A stretch of DNA of 64,000 bases, from IMG/VR virus record IMGVR_UViG_3300032241_001451; one strand, written 5' to 3'. The notes below the pieces were generated by a model that did no database searches, was not told the origin of the DNA, and saw only the letters and a program-made list of their open reading frames with translations. Source of the DNA: an uncultured virus (IMG/VR IMGVR_UViG_3300032241_001451). Lineage: Duplodnaviria; Heunggongvirae; Uroviricota; Caudoviricetes. The translations under genes were made by a program, and so were the position numbers. Positions 28,632 through 38,457 of this stretch are shown piece by piece (position 1 is the first letter of the stretch; each line of letters opens with the position of its first letter).

Positions 28632-30629
28632 ATGAATATAATTACAACAAAAGAACAATTAGATGACCTTGTTGAGTATTACTCCAAGGTTGATGGTTTT
28701 GCATTTGACGTTGAAACTGTTGGAGAAAATAGAGTTCAACCAGTAGTTAACGATGTACTTTGGATTTCCTTAGCAACTGAAGGTCGTACTGACGTTATTC
28801 CAATGGGACATCCTAACGGTGAATTCTTGCGTTGGGACAAAGAGTTACTTCTTAGTGGACAACGTAAAGTTGATGCGGGTAAAGAGTTAAAAGAAACTGA
28901 TTACTCTAAGAACCAAGCAAAATGGAAACCAGTGTTTGATACACCTCCAGACCAATTACTTCCTGGAGAAGTATTTAAAGCATTAAAACCTTTATTTTTT
29001 AGTAACCAATTAAAAGTTGGGCACAACATTAAGTTTGACCTTAAATCAATTGCTAAGTATTACCGTGGAGTAGTTCCAAAGAAACCTTTTTTTGATACGT
29101 TAATGGCTGCTTTTGTTATTGATAACCGCAATCGCGGAGGACTTGGATTAAAAGATTGTGCTGAAAAGTTTCTTAAGATTAAAGTTGAAAAAGGTATTGG
29201 AGTAGAGGTGGAAGCCCACTCATTTTCAGATGTTGCTCATTATTCTGGGTTTGACTCTGAAGTAACATGGAAGTTGTATAAAGAATTAGAGCCTAGATTA
29301 ACTGGAAGTTTGGCACGGGTATGGTCACTTGAGATGGACGTTGTTGCTGCCCTATGTGACATGGAATTACAAGGTGCAAGTATTGACGTAAAAGAGTTAG
29401 AGAACCTTGCTAAGCGTTTAGAGATAGACATTGATGCTACTAAGGCAAAGGCATGGAAACTTGCTGGTAAAGCATTTTCTATGAACTCTGTTAAAGAAAA
29501 ACAAGAATTGCTTTTTTCTCCTAAAGAAGAAGGTGGTCGTGGTATCAAGCCTAACGTTCGTATTAAAGTTGCATTAACAGCCAAAGGTCAAAATCTTGCT
29601 TTTGCAAATCAACCGTTGACTATTTATAACTACTCGGTATCATCGGATGCTTTAGAGTTTTATAGAGCCAAGGATGAATTAGTTGATGCCATTCTGGAAT
29701 ACCAAGACTTAAACAAGTTAGCAACAACATATGTTATTCCGTATTTAGGTGGAGAAGTTACTCGTACTACATCTGGGAAATCGCGCATTGTCGATAAAAA
29801 AAGCCTTCTTATCAATGGAAAAGTGCACACAAACTTTAAATCCCACGGTGCAGAAACTGGGCGTTTTTCCAGTAGTGACCCAAACTTACAAAACATACCT
29901 AGTAGCGGACAGTATGGAAAATTAATTCGTAACCTTTTCTATGCCCCAAAGGGATACAAACTAGTAGTAGCAGACTACTCACAAATTGAACCACGAATTA
30001 TTGCGGCATTTTCTAATGACCCAATTCTTATGGACAACTACTTAACTGGTGGAGATGTGTACACCACTATTGGAAACACTGTAGGCCTTGACCGTAAAGC
30101 AGGTAAGGTCTTGGTTCTGGCTATGTCATATGGAGTGGGACCTGACAAGATTGCATCTTCTTTGGGCCTTAAAGTTCCAGAGGCTAAAAAACTTCTCAAT
30201 GACTTTATGGAACAGTTTCATGACATTGATAAATACAAAGCCAGAGTTATTAGACAAGCCAGAGAGTTAGACGTTCCTTATGTAGAGACGATTTTTGGCC
30301 GTAGAAGGTATTTGCCAGACCTTAAAAGCAAAGAACAAGGATTGAAGGCTAGGGCTGAAAGACAGGCTTTTAACACCGTTATTCAAGGTTCTGCAGCCGA
30401 TATTATGAAATTGGCTATTGTAAGGGCGCACTCTTGTTTTGTTGATGAACCAGACGTCAATGTCCTTTTGACTGTGCACGATGAATTGGTTACAGTTGCT
30501 CGTGAAGATTTAGCAGAAGAAACTGCTGAAGCAATCCGCGATTCAATGGAAGGAATTATTTTGAAAGAGATTACAGTTCCATTGATTGCAGACGTAAAGA
30601 TAGTTAACAAATGGGGAGAAGCCAAATGA
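28632..30629 (+). CDS. polA: Family A DNA polymerase with 3'-5' exonuclease, no 5'-3' exonuclease
   Basis: FDVET, GHN.KFD, TGRFSS..PNLQNIP, DYSQIE.R, K...L...YG, TVHDE. Confidence 0.96.
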   Translation: MNIITTKEQLDDLVEYYSKVDGFAFDVETVGENRVQPVVNDVLWISLATEGRTDVIPMGHPNGEFLRWDKELLLSGQRKVDAGKELKETDYSKNQAKWKPVFDTPPDQLLPGEVFKALKPLFFSNQLKVGHNIKFDLKSIAKYYRGVVPKKPFFDTLMAAFVIDNRNRGGLGLKDCAEKFLKIKVEKGIGVEVEAHSFSDVAHYSGFDSEVTWKLYKELEPRLTGSLARVWSLEMDVVAALCDMELQGASIDVKELENLAKRLEIDIDATKAKAWKLAGKAFSMNSVKEKQELLFSPKEEGGRGIKPNVRIKVALTAKGQNLAFANQPLTIYNYSVSSDALEFYRAKDELVDAILEYQDLNKLATTYVIPYLGGEVTRTTSGKSRIVDKKSLLINGKVHTNFKSHGAETGRFSSSDPNLQNIPSSGQYGKLIRNLFYAPKGYKLVVADYSQIEPRIIAAFSNDPILMDNYLTGGDVYTTIGNTVGLDRKAGKVLVLAMSYGVGPDKIASSLGLKVPEAKKLLNDFMEQFHDIDKYKARVIRQARELDVPYVETIFGRRRYLPDLKSKEQGLKARAERQAFNTVIQGSAADIMKLAIVRAHSCFVDEPDVNVLLTVHDELVTVAREDLAEETAEAIRDSMEGIILKEITVPLIADVKIVNKWGEAK

Positions 30630-31000
30630 GTAATTCTGATTGGTGGTCTAAACAATTAGGTGGACAAACACCTACTGCTCAACCACGTCAAGCAAACGTA
30701 CCAATGCCACCATCGCAACAACCAATGACTCCATACACTCCACCGCAACCGCAACAACCAGTGACAAAAGCAATGAGTGCAAATCAAACTCAAACATGTC
30801 CTGAATGTGGAAGTGCTAACTATATGGCTGTTGCAAATGCTGCACCTCGTTGTTATGACTGTGGTTATCCAATAGGACAATCTGGTTCTCGCTACGGAGC
30901 ACTAACAGGTGCTAAAGTGGAAGGCGGCGCTAAACAAGCGTTAGGAAATGACACACAAAGCAATTGGAACCCACAAGGAATTATTGGAAGGATTAATTAG
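30626..31000 (+). CDS. Pro/Gln-rich zinc-ribbon protein
   Basis: CPEC...CYDC. Confidence 0.7.
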   Translation: MSNSDWWSKQLGGQTPTAQPRQANVPMPPSQQPMTPYTPPQPQQPVTKAMSANQTQTCPECGSANYMAVANAAPRCYDCGYPIGQSGSRYGALTGAKVEGGAKQALGNDTQSNWNPQGIIGRIN

Positions 31001-32049
31001 TGATAACAGATGAGGCTAAAAAAGTTGTTGCATTACTTAACAAAAAGTTTGGCGACAATGTGGTGGTGTTTGCGAGTGCTATTCGTAGCGACATCATTCC
31101 TCGTATTACTAGTGGTTCTACCACTCTTGATTACGTTCTTGGTGGCGGGTTCCCTGGTAATCAATGGAATGAACTCATTGGAGAACCATCGCACGGAAAA
31201 ACAGCGCTTGCACTAAAGACAATTGCAGCCAATCAAGCATTAAATCCAAATCACACAACGGTTTGGGTAGCAGCAGAGCAGTGGGTTCCAGAGTATGCTG
31301 AAATGTGTGGCGTAGATACAGACAGGGTTATTGTTGTAGAAACATCTATTATGGAAGAGGCATATGATGCAGTTATTGCGTTCGCGGAATCTAAAGCGGT
31401 TGATGCTATCGTTATTGACTCTCTCCCTGCTTTATCTCCTTCTCCAGAGATGGAAAAAGATATGGGAGAAGCGACTGTTGGACGAGGAGCCTTACTAACC
31501 AATAAGTTTTTCCGTGTAGTCGGTACAGCGATGAAACGTAGCCTTGTTGAAGATGAGCGCCCAGTCTTGGGGCTTATCATTAACCAATACCGCATGAAGA
31601 TTGGCGTCCAGCATGGCGACCCAAGAACAACCCCAGGTGGGGAAGGAAAGAACTACGCATTCTTTACGCGTTGTGAAGTACGGCGCGATGAATGGATTGA
31701 GATTGGTTCTGGAAATAATAAGGTTCGTATTGGACAAAGAATTAAAGTCCGTACATTGAAGAACAAGACTGCTCCACCACAACGTGTTGCTTATTTTGAT
31801 TTTTATTTTGCCGAAGGCGGAGATTGTGCACCAGGAGACTTTGACTTTGCAAAAGAAATTGCATCTCTTGCTGTAGTTAAAGAAATTATTGAACGCAAAG
31901 GCGGTTGGTATTACTACGGAGAACGTAAATGGCAGGGCATTGAACTTGTTATACAAAGTATTAAGGAAGAACTTGACCTCAAGGAAGAAATCCAAAGGTT
32001 AGTTCTTACTTCCAGCGATACCCCTATGGCTGGTGTTAATGAAGAGTGA
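31000..32049 (+). CDS. recA: RecA-family recombinase
   Basis: SGS..LD..LGGG.P, GEPSHGKT, VIDS, INQ.R.KIG, TTPGG, KNK.APP. Confidence 0.96.
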   Translation: MITDEAKKVVALLNKKFGDNVVVFASAIRSDIIPRITSGSTTLDYVLGGGFPGNQWNELIGEPSHGKTALALKTIAANQALNPNHTTVWVAAEQWVPEYAEMCGVDTDRVIVVETSIMEEAYDAVIAFAESKAVDAIVIDSLPALSPSPEMEKDMGEATVGRGALLTNKFFRVVGTAMKRSLVEDERPVLGLIINQYRMKIGVQHGDPRTTPGGEGKNYAFFTRCEVRRDEWIEIGSGNNKVRIGQRIKVRTLKNKTAPPQRVAYFDFYFAEGGDCAPGDFDFAKEIASLAVVKEIIERKGGWYYYGERKWQGIELVIQSIKEELDLKEEIQRLVLTSSDTPMAGVNEE

Positions 32050-32356
32050 AGGTCAAAAGCAATCCCTCAAGCATGAGAAGCGATTAGCCAAAGCAATTGG
32101 TGGAAGTCGCAACGCTGCTTCAGGAGCCTTTTGGTCTCGCAAAGGCGATGTTCGTTCAGACGACCTGCTGATTGAACATAAGTGGACTGGTAAGAAATCT
32201 TTTTCTTTAAAGTCTGACGTCTTAAAAAAGATTGTTAGAGAGGCCATCCTTGATGGACGTGTTCCAGTATTGGGCGTTCATCTAGACGGGGAGAATTACG
32301 TGATTCTTCTTGAAGACGATTACTTAGAAATGAGGGACCGACTTAAGGATGACTAA
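32039..32356 (+). CDS. Hjc-like PD-(D/E)xK Holliday junction resolvase
   Basis: E..LA, SGA.....GD, IEHK. Confidence 0.75.
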   Translation: MKSEGQKQSLKHEKRLAKAIGGSRNAASGAFWSRKGDVRSDDLLIEHKWTGKKSFSLKSDVLKKIVREAILDGRVPVLGVHLDGENYVILLEDDYLEMRDRLKDD

Positions 32357-32359
32357 CAC

Positions 32360-32674
32360 ATGGAAGAACCAGAGTACGCTTGGCGATATGAGGCGCGGTG
32401 TCGAGGAGAGGACACTGACCTTTTCTACCCCCCACGCGATAAAGAGCAGTACAAGATTATTGCAAATCAAGCAAAATCTTTTTGTTTTGGTGACAGCACT
32501 AAACGTGCGTGTCCAGTACAGAAAGAATGTTTATGGGATGCAGTAAAGCGTGAAGAACCTCATGGAATTTGGGGAGGACTTTCTCACAGAGAAAGAAATG
32601 CCCTAGTTCGTAAGTGGAAAAAAGTACACAAAAAAACAATGACACTAGAAGAGTACATCTTCAGTAGGGGCTAA
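32360..32674 (+). CDS. whiB: WhiB-family transcription factor
   Basis: Four Cys (A.C, AK..C, CPV...C) and GIWGGLS..ER. Confidence 0.95.
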   Translation: MEEPEYAWRYEARCRGEDTDLFYPPRDKEQYKIIANQAKSFCFGDSTKRACPVQKECLWDAVKREEPHGIWGGLSHRERNALVRKWKKVHKKTMTLEEYIFSRG

Positions 32675-32677
32675 TAA

Positions 32678-33517
32678 ATGGAAAAAGAGTTAAAGAAGTT
32701 CTTAGATGCTAAGAAGACTGAAACACGTCTACTAGGCGACATTGAACGACATCTTATGAAACGACCATTAGATGACCGTTCAACAACAGTCCTGCACCCG
32801 TCAGAGATGATTAAACCTGACTTTTGTCATAGGTATTCCTATTATTTAATGACAGGTGGTAAGCCAAAGACTGATAAGCCTAATTTGCGTTTGCAGAACA
32901 TCTTTGATGAAGGCCATTACATACATGCAAAGTGGCAAAAAAGATTTCAAGAAATGGGAGTTTTATACGGCAAATTTAAATGCCTAGCCTGTGAAATAAC
33001 TACAACAGGAATTTCCCCTGAATGTCCTACGTGTGGTCGTACAGATGTTATGGAGTATAAAGAAGTTACTCTTGTAGATGACAAACTACGTATTGCTGGC
33101 CATACAGATGGTTGGATTAAAGGTATAAAAGAAGATTGCCTTATTGAAATTAAGTCAATTGGAGCAGGAACTTTGCGATTTGAGGCTCCAGACCTTCTTT
33201 TTGATGCAGGCGGTGACCTTACTAAAGCCTGGAAAAACATTCGTAGACCTTTTCGTTCACACTTACTACAAGGGCAAATGTACTTAGAACTTGCCAAAAG
33301 AATGTACGGCGATGAAGCCCCTAATGAAATTGTTTTTCTTTATGAACTAAAAGCAGACCAAGATACCAAAGAATTTACAGTTAAAGCAGACTATGAAATT
33401 GTTGCTAGAGTCTTCTACCAAGCAGAACAAGTTATAAAAGCAGTTGAAGCAGAAGTTATGCCAGCCTGTAATATTGACCCTAATGGTTGCAAATACTGTA
33501 ATTTAATTGGAGCATAA
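32678..33517 (+). CDS. Cas4-like PD-(D/E)xK exonuclease with zinc-ribbon insert
   Basis: HPS...C, G..IH, GHTDG, EIKS, Q...Y, C-terminal C...CKYC. Confidence 0.85.
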   Translation: MEKELKKFLDAKKTETRLLGDIERHLMKRPLDDRSTTVLHPSEMIKPDFCHRYSYYLMTGGKPKTDKPNLRLQNIFDEGHYIHAKWQKRFQEMGVLYGKFKCLACEITTTGISPECPTCGRTDVMEYKEVTLVDDKLRIAGHTDGWIKGIKEDCLIEIKSIGAGTLRFEAPDLLFDAGGDLTKAWKNIRRPFRSHLLQGQMYLELAKRMYGDEAPNEIVFLYELKADQDTKEFTVKADYEIVARVFYQAEQVIKAVEAEVMPACNIDPNGCKYCNLIGA

Positions 33518-34006
33518 ATGTTAAATCTAGGACCAGCATCAGAAGACGCTGTTAAGAAATTAAAGGAACAAAACATTGAAATGTGGCCTGAGCAATCTCG
33601 CCAACCTTTAATGCCTGGAGATATTTCTGTTCTTGATAGTGAAGCCCTAAGTGAATTATTTACTAAGTTAACTGCTTGGTCAAACTTTGTAGCAGGACAA
33701 CTAGCCGCAGCAGAAGTTGACGAAAAGTATTTAGAAAAAAGAAAAAACACTTTAGAAGCCAAGTTATTGTTAGCAAAAGATGGCGATAAAGTAAAGGGAG
33801 AACGAATAACCCTTATTAAAGCACAAGTAAATGCGGACCCAATGATTGTTGAACTAGACGAACAATTGATGAAAAATTATGCATATCGTAAGATGGTAGA
33901 AGTTATTGCAAATAATTTTGAACGAGATGTTGCTTTAGTCTCACGAGAAATTACTCGCAGAACAAACGATATTCGTGCTATAAGAAAGGATAGGTATTCA
34001 ATATGA
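33518..34006 (+). CDS. UvsY-like recombination mediator
   Basis: Helical protein ending SREITRR; near RecA. Confidence 0.5.
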   Translation: MLNLGPASEDAVKKLKEQNIEMWPEQSRQPLMPGDISVLDSEALSELFTKLTAWSNFVAGQLAAAEVDEKYLEKRKNTLEAKLLLAKDGDKVKGERITLIKAQVNADPMIVELDEQLMKNYAYRKMVEVIANNFERDVALVSREITRRTNDIRAIRKDRYSI

Positions 34007-34158
34007 GATGTTCTGAAAAGATTAGGTATATTAATCGCAAAGAAGCAAAGCGTGCTAGAAACATTAGAGCAATGGCAATGGGCATGCACTTGTATGTGTA
34101 TAAATGTCCTGAGTGTACTTTCTTTCATTTAACTAAATACAGAATTGGAAATTACTAA
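34003..34158 (+). CDS. 51 aa zinc-binding peptide (Y.CPEC..FHLT)
   Basis: Translated by hand; ATGA and TAATG overlaps. Confidence 0.65.
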   Translation: MRCSEKIRYINRKEAKRARNIRAMAMGMHLYVYKCPECTFFHLTKYRIGNY

Positions 34159-34697
34159 TGATTATTGGATTATCAGGGTACGCTAAAGTTGGCAAAGATG
34201 AAGTTGCACAGATACTAGTTAAGAAATACGGGTTTAAACGTATAGCCTTTGCAGACCCTATTCGTGAGTTGTTACTAGAGATAAATCCAATTCTTGCAAA
34301 CGGTTATCATCTTAAAACAATAATTAATGAAGAAGGATGGACATTAGCCAAAAATAAAGAAGAAGTTCGTCGTCTTTTACAAGAACTAGGTGTAGGTGCT
34401 CGTCAAGTTTTGGGTGATGATGTTTGGGTTGTTGCTGCTTTAAGAAAGATGGAAAACTTTAAACAAAGTTATGTTATTACAGATGTACGGTTTGAAAACG
34501 AAGCAGTAATGGTAAGACAACTAGGTGGGAAAATTTGGCGTATTCAACGTCCAGGAATTCAAGCAGTTAATAATCATGTTTCTGAATTAGAGATGGACGG
34601 TTACAAGTTTGACAGAGTATTACGTAATGAGGGCACATTAGAAGAGTTAGAGTTACTAATTCAAACAAGAATGGATGCCCCATTACATGCCAACTAA
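34158..34697 (+). CDS. Deoxynucleoside monophosphate kinase
   Basis: IIGLSG...GKD, FADP, R..LQ..G, TDVRF.NE, H.SE. Confidence 0.92.
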   Translation: MIIGLSGYAKVGKDEVAQILVKKYGFKRIAFADPIRELLLEINPILANGYHLKTIINEEGWTLAKNKEEVRRLLQELGVGARQVLGDDVWVVAALRKMENFKQSYVITDVRFENEAVMVRQLGGKIWRIQRPGIQAVNNHVSELEMDGYKFDRVLRNEGTLEELELLIQTRMDAPLHAN

Positions 34698-35274
34698 ACT
34701 TTTTGAAGGCAAACCAATAAAGAAAGATTCTTTAGTAAGCATTGGTATTGACCAATCTTTGACAGGATTTGCCCTTACAGTTATGAGCGTAAAATTGCCC
34801 GATGAATATTTAACGTGGGTATATAAATCTCCTTATTTTGGTATTGAGAGACTGTCAGATATACGACAATGGTTAACAGATAACTTGTATTACGCAGAAG
34901 AACATTGGTCTGTCAAAGACATTGCCATGGAAGGAACAGTACTAGCCAGCCAATCAGCATTGGTGCTTGGAGAACTATCCGCCGTTGTTCAACTCTCGGT
35001 GTTCGATTTTTTTGAAGAAGGCGATGCTCGCCGTTTTATACTAAAAGTTCCACCAATGACCTTAAAGAAGTATGCAGCAGGCAAAGGAAATGCCAAGAAA
35101 CAAGAGATGCTGTTACAGATGTACAAGAGATGGGGAGTTGAGTTTAACGACGATAATGCTGCTGACTCCTATGCCCTAGCCAGACTAGTGTCAGGTAACG
35201 CAATTGGCACAATTGAAAAGTCAATTGTTGAGCAAATGTCAGACCCTAAATACAGAGACCAACCACGACTTTAG
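34687..35274 (+). CDS. RuvC-like resolvase
   Basis: GIDQSLTG, IAME, VPP.TLKKY..G.G.A.K, DN.ADS. Confidence 0.85.
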   Translation: MPTKLFEGKPIKKDSLVSIGIDQSLTGFALTVMSVKLPDEYLTWVYKSPYFGIERLSDIRQWLTDNLYYAEEHWSVKDIAMEGTVLASQSALVLGELSAVVQLSVFDFFEEGDARRFILKVPPMTLKKYAAGKGNAKKQEMLLQMYKRWGVEFNDDNAADSYALARLVSGNAIGTIEKSIVEQMSDPKYRDQPRL

Positions 35275-35328
35275 CCCTACCCTTTGGTGAGGAGCGGCAC
35301 ACTAATTCGAACCAAAGGACTAACACAC

Positions 35329-35619
35329 GTGGAAAAACCTGAAGTACTATCTCAAGAAGAGCCGTTCTTGCGTGTAAGCGCAAGTTCCAATCCTCAAAGC
35401 GTTGCCTCCGCAATCGCCCATGCAATCTATGACAAAGGTGAAGTAAAACTTCGCGCTGTAGGTGCTGGAGCCGTTAATCAGGCAGTCAAAGCAATGGCAA
35501 TTGCCAGTGGTTACGTAGCCCCAAGGGGTATGCGTCTCTACAACGTCCCTGGATTTACAACTATTGAATCTAGAGATGGCGAAATCTCAGCCATTGTATT
35601 TAGCATTAACAAGTTCTAA
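35329..35619 (+). CDS. spoVS: SpoVS-family (Alba-like fold) protein
   Basis: LRVSASSNPQSVA.AIA...AVGAGAVNQAVKA.AIA.G matches the SpoVS signature; GTG after AAAGGA. Confidence 0.93.
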   Translation: MEKPEVLSQEEPFLRVSASSNPQSVASAIAHAIYDKGEVKLRAVGAGAVNQAVKAMAIASGYVAPRGMRLYNVPGFTTIESRDGEISAIVFSINKF

Positions 35620-35657
35620 ATCAGCCGTATCCTTGTACCAGAGTTAAGGAGTCAGTT

Positions 35658-36116
35658 ATGGCAAAATGGACATCACTAGGTCACGCAATGCGTCGTCGCA
35701 TGGGTGCACCTTCATCACACCTAGAAGCGGCAGGAAAAAACATGAGCAAAGACCATTTAACACCAGAAGAAGTTATTGCTTCTGCTGAACACGCAAACAG
35801 CCCACGCCGTTATGTTGGCATGGACCAAACACAATTTAGCAATGTAAGTGGTACTCCAGTTGCTGGAACACAAATGCCACGTAAGAACACTCAAGCAGCA
35901 GATTCAACAATTGCTGATAAAGCAAATCGTTCAAATGTTTCTGCAGGTGGTGCAGTTGCATCAGAGCGCATGGGTGCACGTTACGCAACATCAGTAAAGT
36001 TTCCAGCAGGAACAGAACCAGCAGCAGGCCCAACAATGGCAAACGCTCGCGTTGTTCCATCTGTTGCAGGTAAGAACCGCCCAAACTTTGAAGACGGCGT
36101 TCACAGCAACTATTAA
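35658..36116 (+). CDS. Hypothetical low-complexity protein
   Basis: AAGGAG RBS. Confidence 0.65.
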   Translation: MAKWTSLGHAMRRRMGAPSSHLEAAGKNMSKDHLTPEEVIASAEHANSPRRYVGMDQTQFSNVSGTPVAGTQMPRKNTQAADSTIADKANRSNVSAGGAVASERMGARYATSVKFPAGTEPAAGPTMANARVVPSVAGKNRPNFEDGVHSNY

Positions 36117-36117
36117 T

Positions 36118-36396
36118 ATGGGTTACGGAACTCTATCTCTTAATCAGTTCGGTGGTGAATCAGAAACCCCTGTTTCATCACCAACTGTTGAGCACCCTGA
36201 TTACGAAAAGCCATTATCTTTAAGTAGTCAAACACGTGGCAGTAATGCTGCAGGTTCAGTATTTAAAAGTGAAGATATTGCAAACCGTCCAGGACACATT
36301 GCTGGATATAACAAACAAAACCGCGGCACTGCTTACTCATGGGATTCAGAGTCCCCAATCGAAGCACCTAAGTCCGATAAAGGCGCAAACGTTTAA
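36118..36396 (+). CDS. Hypothetical protein (MGYGTLSLNQF...)
   Basis: ATG one base after the upstream stop. Confidence 0.6.
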   Translation: MGYGTLSLNQFGGESETPVSSPTVEHPDYEKPLSLSSQTRGSNAAGSVFKSEDIANRPGHIAGYNKQNRGTAYSWDSESPIEAPKSDKGANV

Positions 36397-36554
36397 TCTA
36401 CGTCAGCAAGGCCATGAAATCTTCTATGCTCTATTTCTTGGCTATCTACCAAGGCTTCATCAGTAGTTCCTTCAGTGACAATTTGGTCGCAAATGTCACA
36501 ACGAACCGCCCAAGTAATAGGTTTAAAACCAACCGCAACAATATCTACAGACAT
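36393..36554 (-). CDS. 53 aa CxxC/HxxxH zinc-finger-like protein, lone minus-strand gene
   Basis: AAGGAG RBS on the minus strand; CDIC...HRRFH. Confidence 0.65.
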   Translation of the reverse strand: MSVDIVAVGFKPITWAVRCDICDQIVTEGTTDEALVDSQEIEHRRFHGLADVD

Positions 36555-36605
36555 ATTAGGCTCCTTTATACAGACAGTTATTAGTCTACAAGGGAAAATA
36601 TAAAC

Positions 36606-37151
36606 ATGCAAAAGAAGACTGAAAACCTCTCATGGGTTAAGAAATCACGTCCAGAGTACACCAAGGAAGAAGTCCGTACCCTTGCTAGTAATCCAAAGGG
36701 CGCCCAAGATTTCATTAATAGTACCCGCGAACATGGCGGAGCCACAATGTCGTTAGAAAATGGAGAAATTGCAGACCCAGGAGATAAAACGTACATCGTT
36801 GGTAAAGAACCTTCAAAGCGAACAGGTCAAGCAGTCCCAACAGCATTTGAAAGTGCAGGAAGTTCTCATCCTTCTTTAAGTGCAAAACAATTTGCATCTC
36901 ACTTTAATCGTTTAAAATCTGAATCTTCTAGTCGCAATGCAGCCATGGGAAGTTGGGTTGATGAAGAAGCACCTCATAAAGGTGTTCAACTAGATTTGTC
37001 TACAGCATATAAAACAAAAGCATCTGCTGAAAAGAAGATGGTAAACCGTAATGAAGATGCTATTTGGGATATGAAGAATATGAAAAATATTCGCAATGAA
37101 GAAGTTCGACATAAGTACACTTCTGAACCTCGTCCAGAGAAGGAAAACTAA
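36606..37151 (+). CDS. Hypothetical protein
   Basis: 181 aa ORF; G.W...V.LD.S and AIWD motifs. Confidence 0.65.
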   Translation: MQKKTENLSWVKKSRPEYTKEEVRTLASNPKGAQDFINSTREHGGATMSLENGEIADPGDKTYIVGKEPSKRTGQAVPTAFESAGSSHPSLSAKQFASHFNRLKSESSSRNAAMGSWVDEEAPHKGVQLDLSTAYKTKASAEKKMVNRNEDAIWDMKNMKNIRNEEVRHKYTSEPRPEKEN

Positions 37152-37684
37152 TGGCTGGTGCAGTTAATAATTTTTCCGCATCACAAAACTGGCAATCACT
37201 AGGTGGTAACGGTTTTGCTGGTTATAACAACCAGGGTGGTGCTGGCACACCTGTAGCCCGCGACACAATGGACCAACTTCGTATTGGTGTAGGTCGTGTT
37301 CCATCTGCAGAATATCCTGACGGCTATTTAGGTACGATTCGTTCACGTCGTGATGACAGACTTTTAGATTCAATTAAAAACCGCGTAAATCAAAAAGCCT
37401 ATCAACGTGGAGTCCATAAAGGTGAACGCATTGAGCCATCAATGTATTTTTGGCCACAAGAGTTTAACGCTGACATGGGCATTGCTCGTCAAATGAAAGC
37501 ACAACAAATGCGTGTAAACGGTGTTACAACTTACATGTCTGAACGCAATGCGCCACAAGTTCAACTTACACCTGCTCCACATCTAGTAAACGATGGTAAA
37601 TCAAATATGATGGCAAGTGAGCCAGGGCAGATTAATGAGCGTCGTCAAACAATGTTGGCTTACTTAAAGCCAGCCTGGAGATGA
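37151..37684 (+). CDS. Hypothetical protein
   Basis: TAATG overlap; AAGGA RBS. Confidence 0.7.
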   Translation: MAGAVNNFSASQNWQSLGGNGFAGYNNQGGAGTPVARDTMDQLRIGVGRVPSAEYPDGYLGTIRSRRDDRLLDSIKNRVNQKAYQRGVHKGERIEPSMYFWPQEFNADMGIARQMKAQQMRVNGVTTYMSERNAPQVQLTPAPHLVNDGKSNMMASEPGQINERRQTMLAYLKPAWR

Positions 37685-37685
37685 T

Positions 37686-38048
37686 ATGGCGCAAAAGTTT
37701 GATGGTAATTATGACTACACAAAATCATGGCGTGCTCCAGTACAGCCAGACCAAGTAGCAAAACGGTATTCATATAACGGTCCTTGGTCATCAAATATGG
37801 AGCGTTTAACTTCTCAAGCGCTAATGATTATGAATGTTCCTGGAAAAGATATTCAAGATATGGTGCGCCCACCAATGCCGCAGATTCGTTTGTTCCCAGA
37901 GCGTTTTGGATATGGTGAACGCACTCAACCAGGTATTGAAGATATTGTTAGCGTAGACCGTAACTACATTGAACCACGAGTATCTTGGTACTCAGGAAGT
38001 CCTGCAGGATTTAGCGGTTCTGATAGAAACAACTTAGGGAGCAACTAA
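37686..38048 (+). CDS. Hypothetical protein
   Basis: GGAG RBS. Confidence 0.65.
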   Translation: MAQKFDGNYDYTKSWRAPVQPDQVAKRYSYNGPWSSNMERLTSQALMIMNVPGKDIQDMVRPPMPQIRLFPERFGYGERTQPGIEDIVSVDRNYIEPRVSWYSGSPAGFSGSDRNNLGSN

Positions 38049-38254
38049 TGTCAGGTAATTATGGTGATGGCGCAGAGCCACTAGAATGGCAAGCCAAGCA
38101 AATTGCTGAAAACGCAATGAAGTACAAAGGTTCTCATCCTTGCCCAACATGCGGCGTTATTATGAACCCAGTAGAAGCCTTGTATAACAGTGGACATTGC
38201 CTATCTTGTATTTCACAAATGAAAGTAGCAAGAGCCAAAGGTAAGATGGCATGA
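38048..38254 (+). CDS. Small zinc-ribbon protein
   Basis: CPTC...CLSC. Confidence 0.65.
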   Translation: MSGNYGDGAEPLEWQAKQIAENAMKYKGSHPCPTCGVIMNPVEALYNSGHCLSCISQMKVARAKGKMA

Positions 38255-38457
38255 GTGGTTTTGAACAAATAGGGCACGATTACATTCAAAGACAGTTTAA
38301 TGAACGTCGTAAAGGCCACGATAAACACAGTGGAGTACATTATCCAAAAGGTGGTAATTGGCGTCCAGATGCTGGTGGAAGTTCTGTTGTTAAAGGAAAG
38401 CCACGTAACCCAAAGCCTTATTTGCCTATGGGAATGAAGTTGGAGCGCCCAAGATAA
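38251..38457 (+). CDS. Small basic hypothetical protein
   Basis: Coupled ORF. Confidence 0.55.
   Translation: MSGFEQIGHDYIQRQFNERRKGHDKHSGVHYPKGGNWRPDAGGSSVVKGKPRNPKPYLPMGMKLERPR

Noticed and set aside
31251..31995. Long antisense ORFs in the track (31251, 31495; similarly 9353, 20473, 29240, 54190)
   Set aside because: They shadow well-supported genes on the opposite strand and have no RBS or recognisable motifs
32678..33517. Cas4-like gene as evidence of a CRISPR-Cas system
   Set aside because: No other cas genes and no repeat-spacer array seen; solo Cas4-like nucleases are common in phage recombination modules
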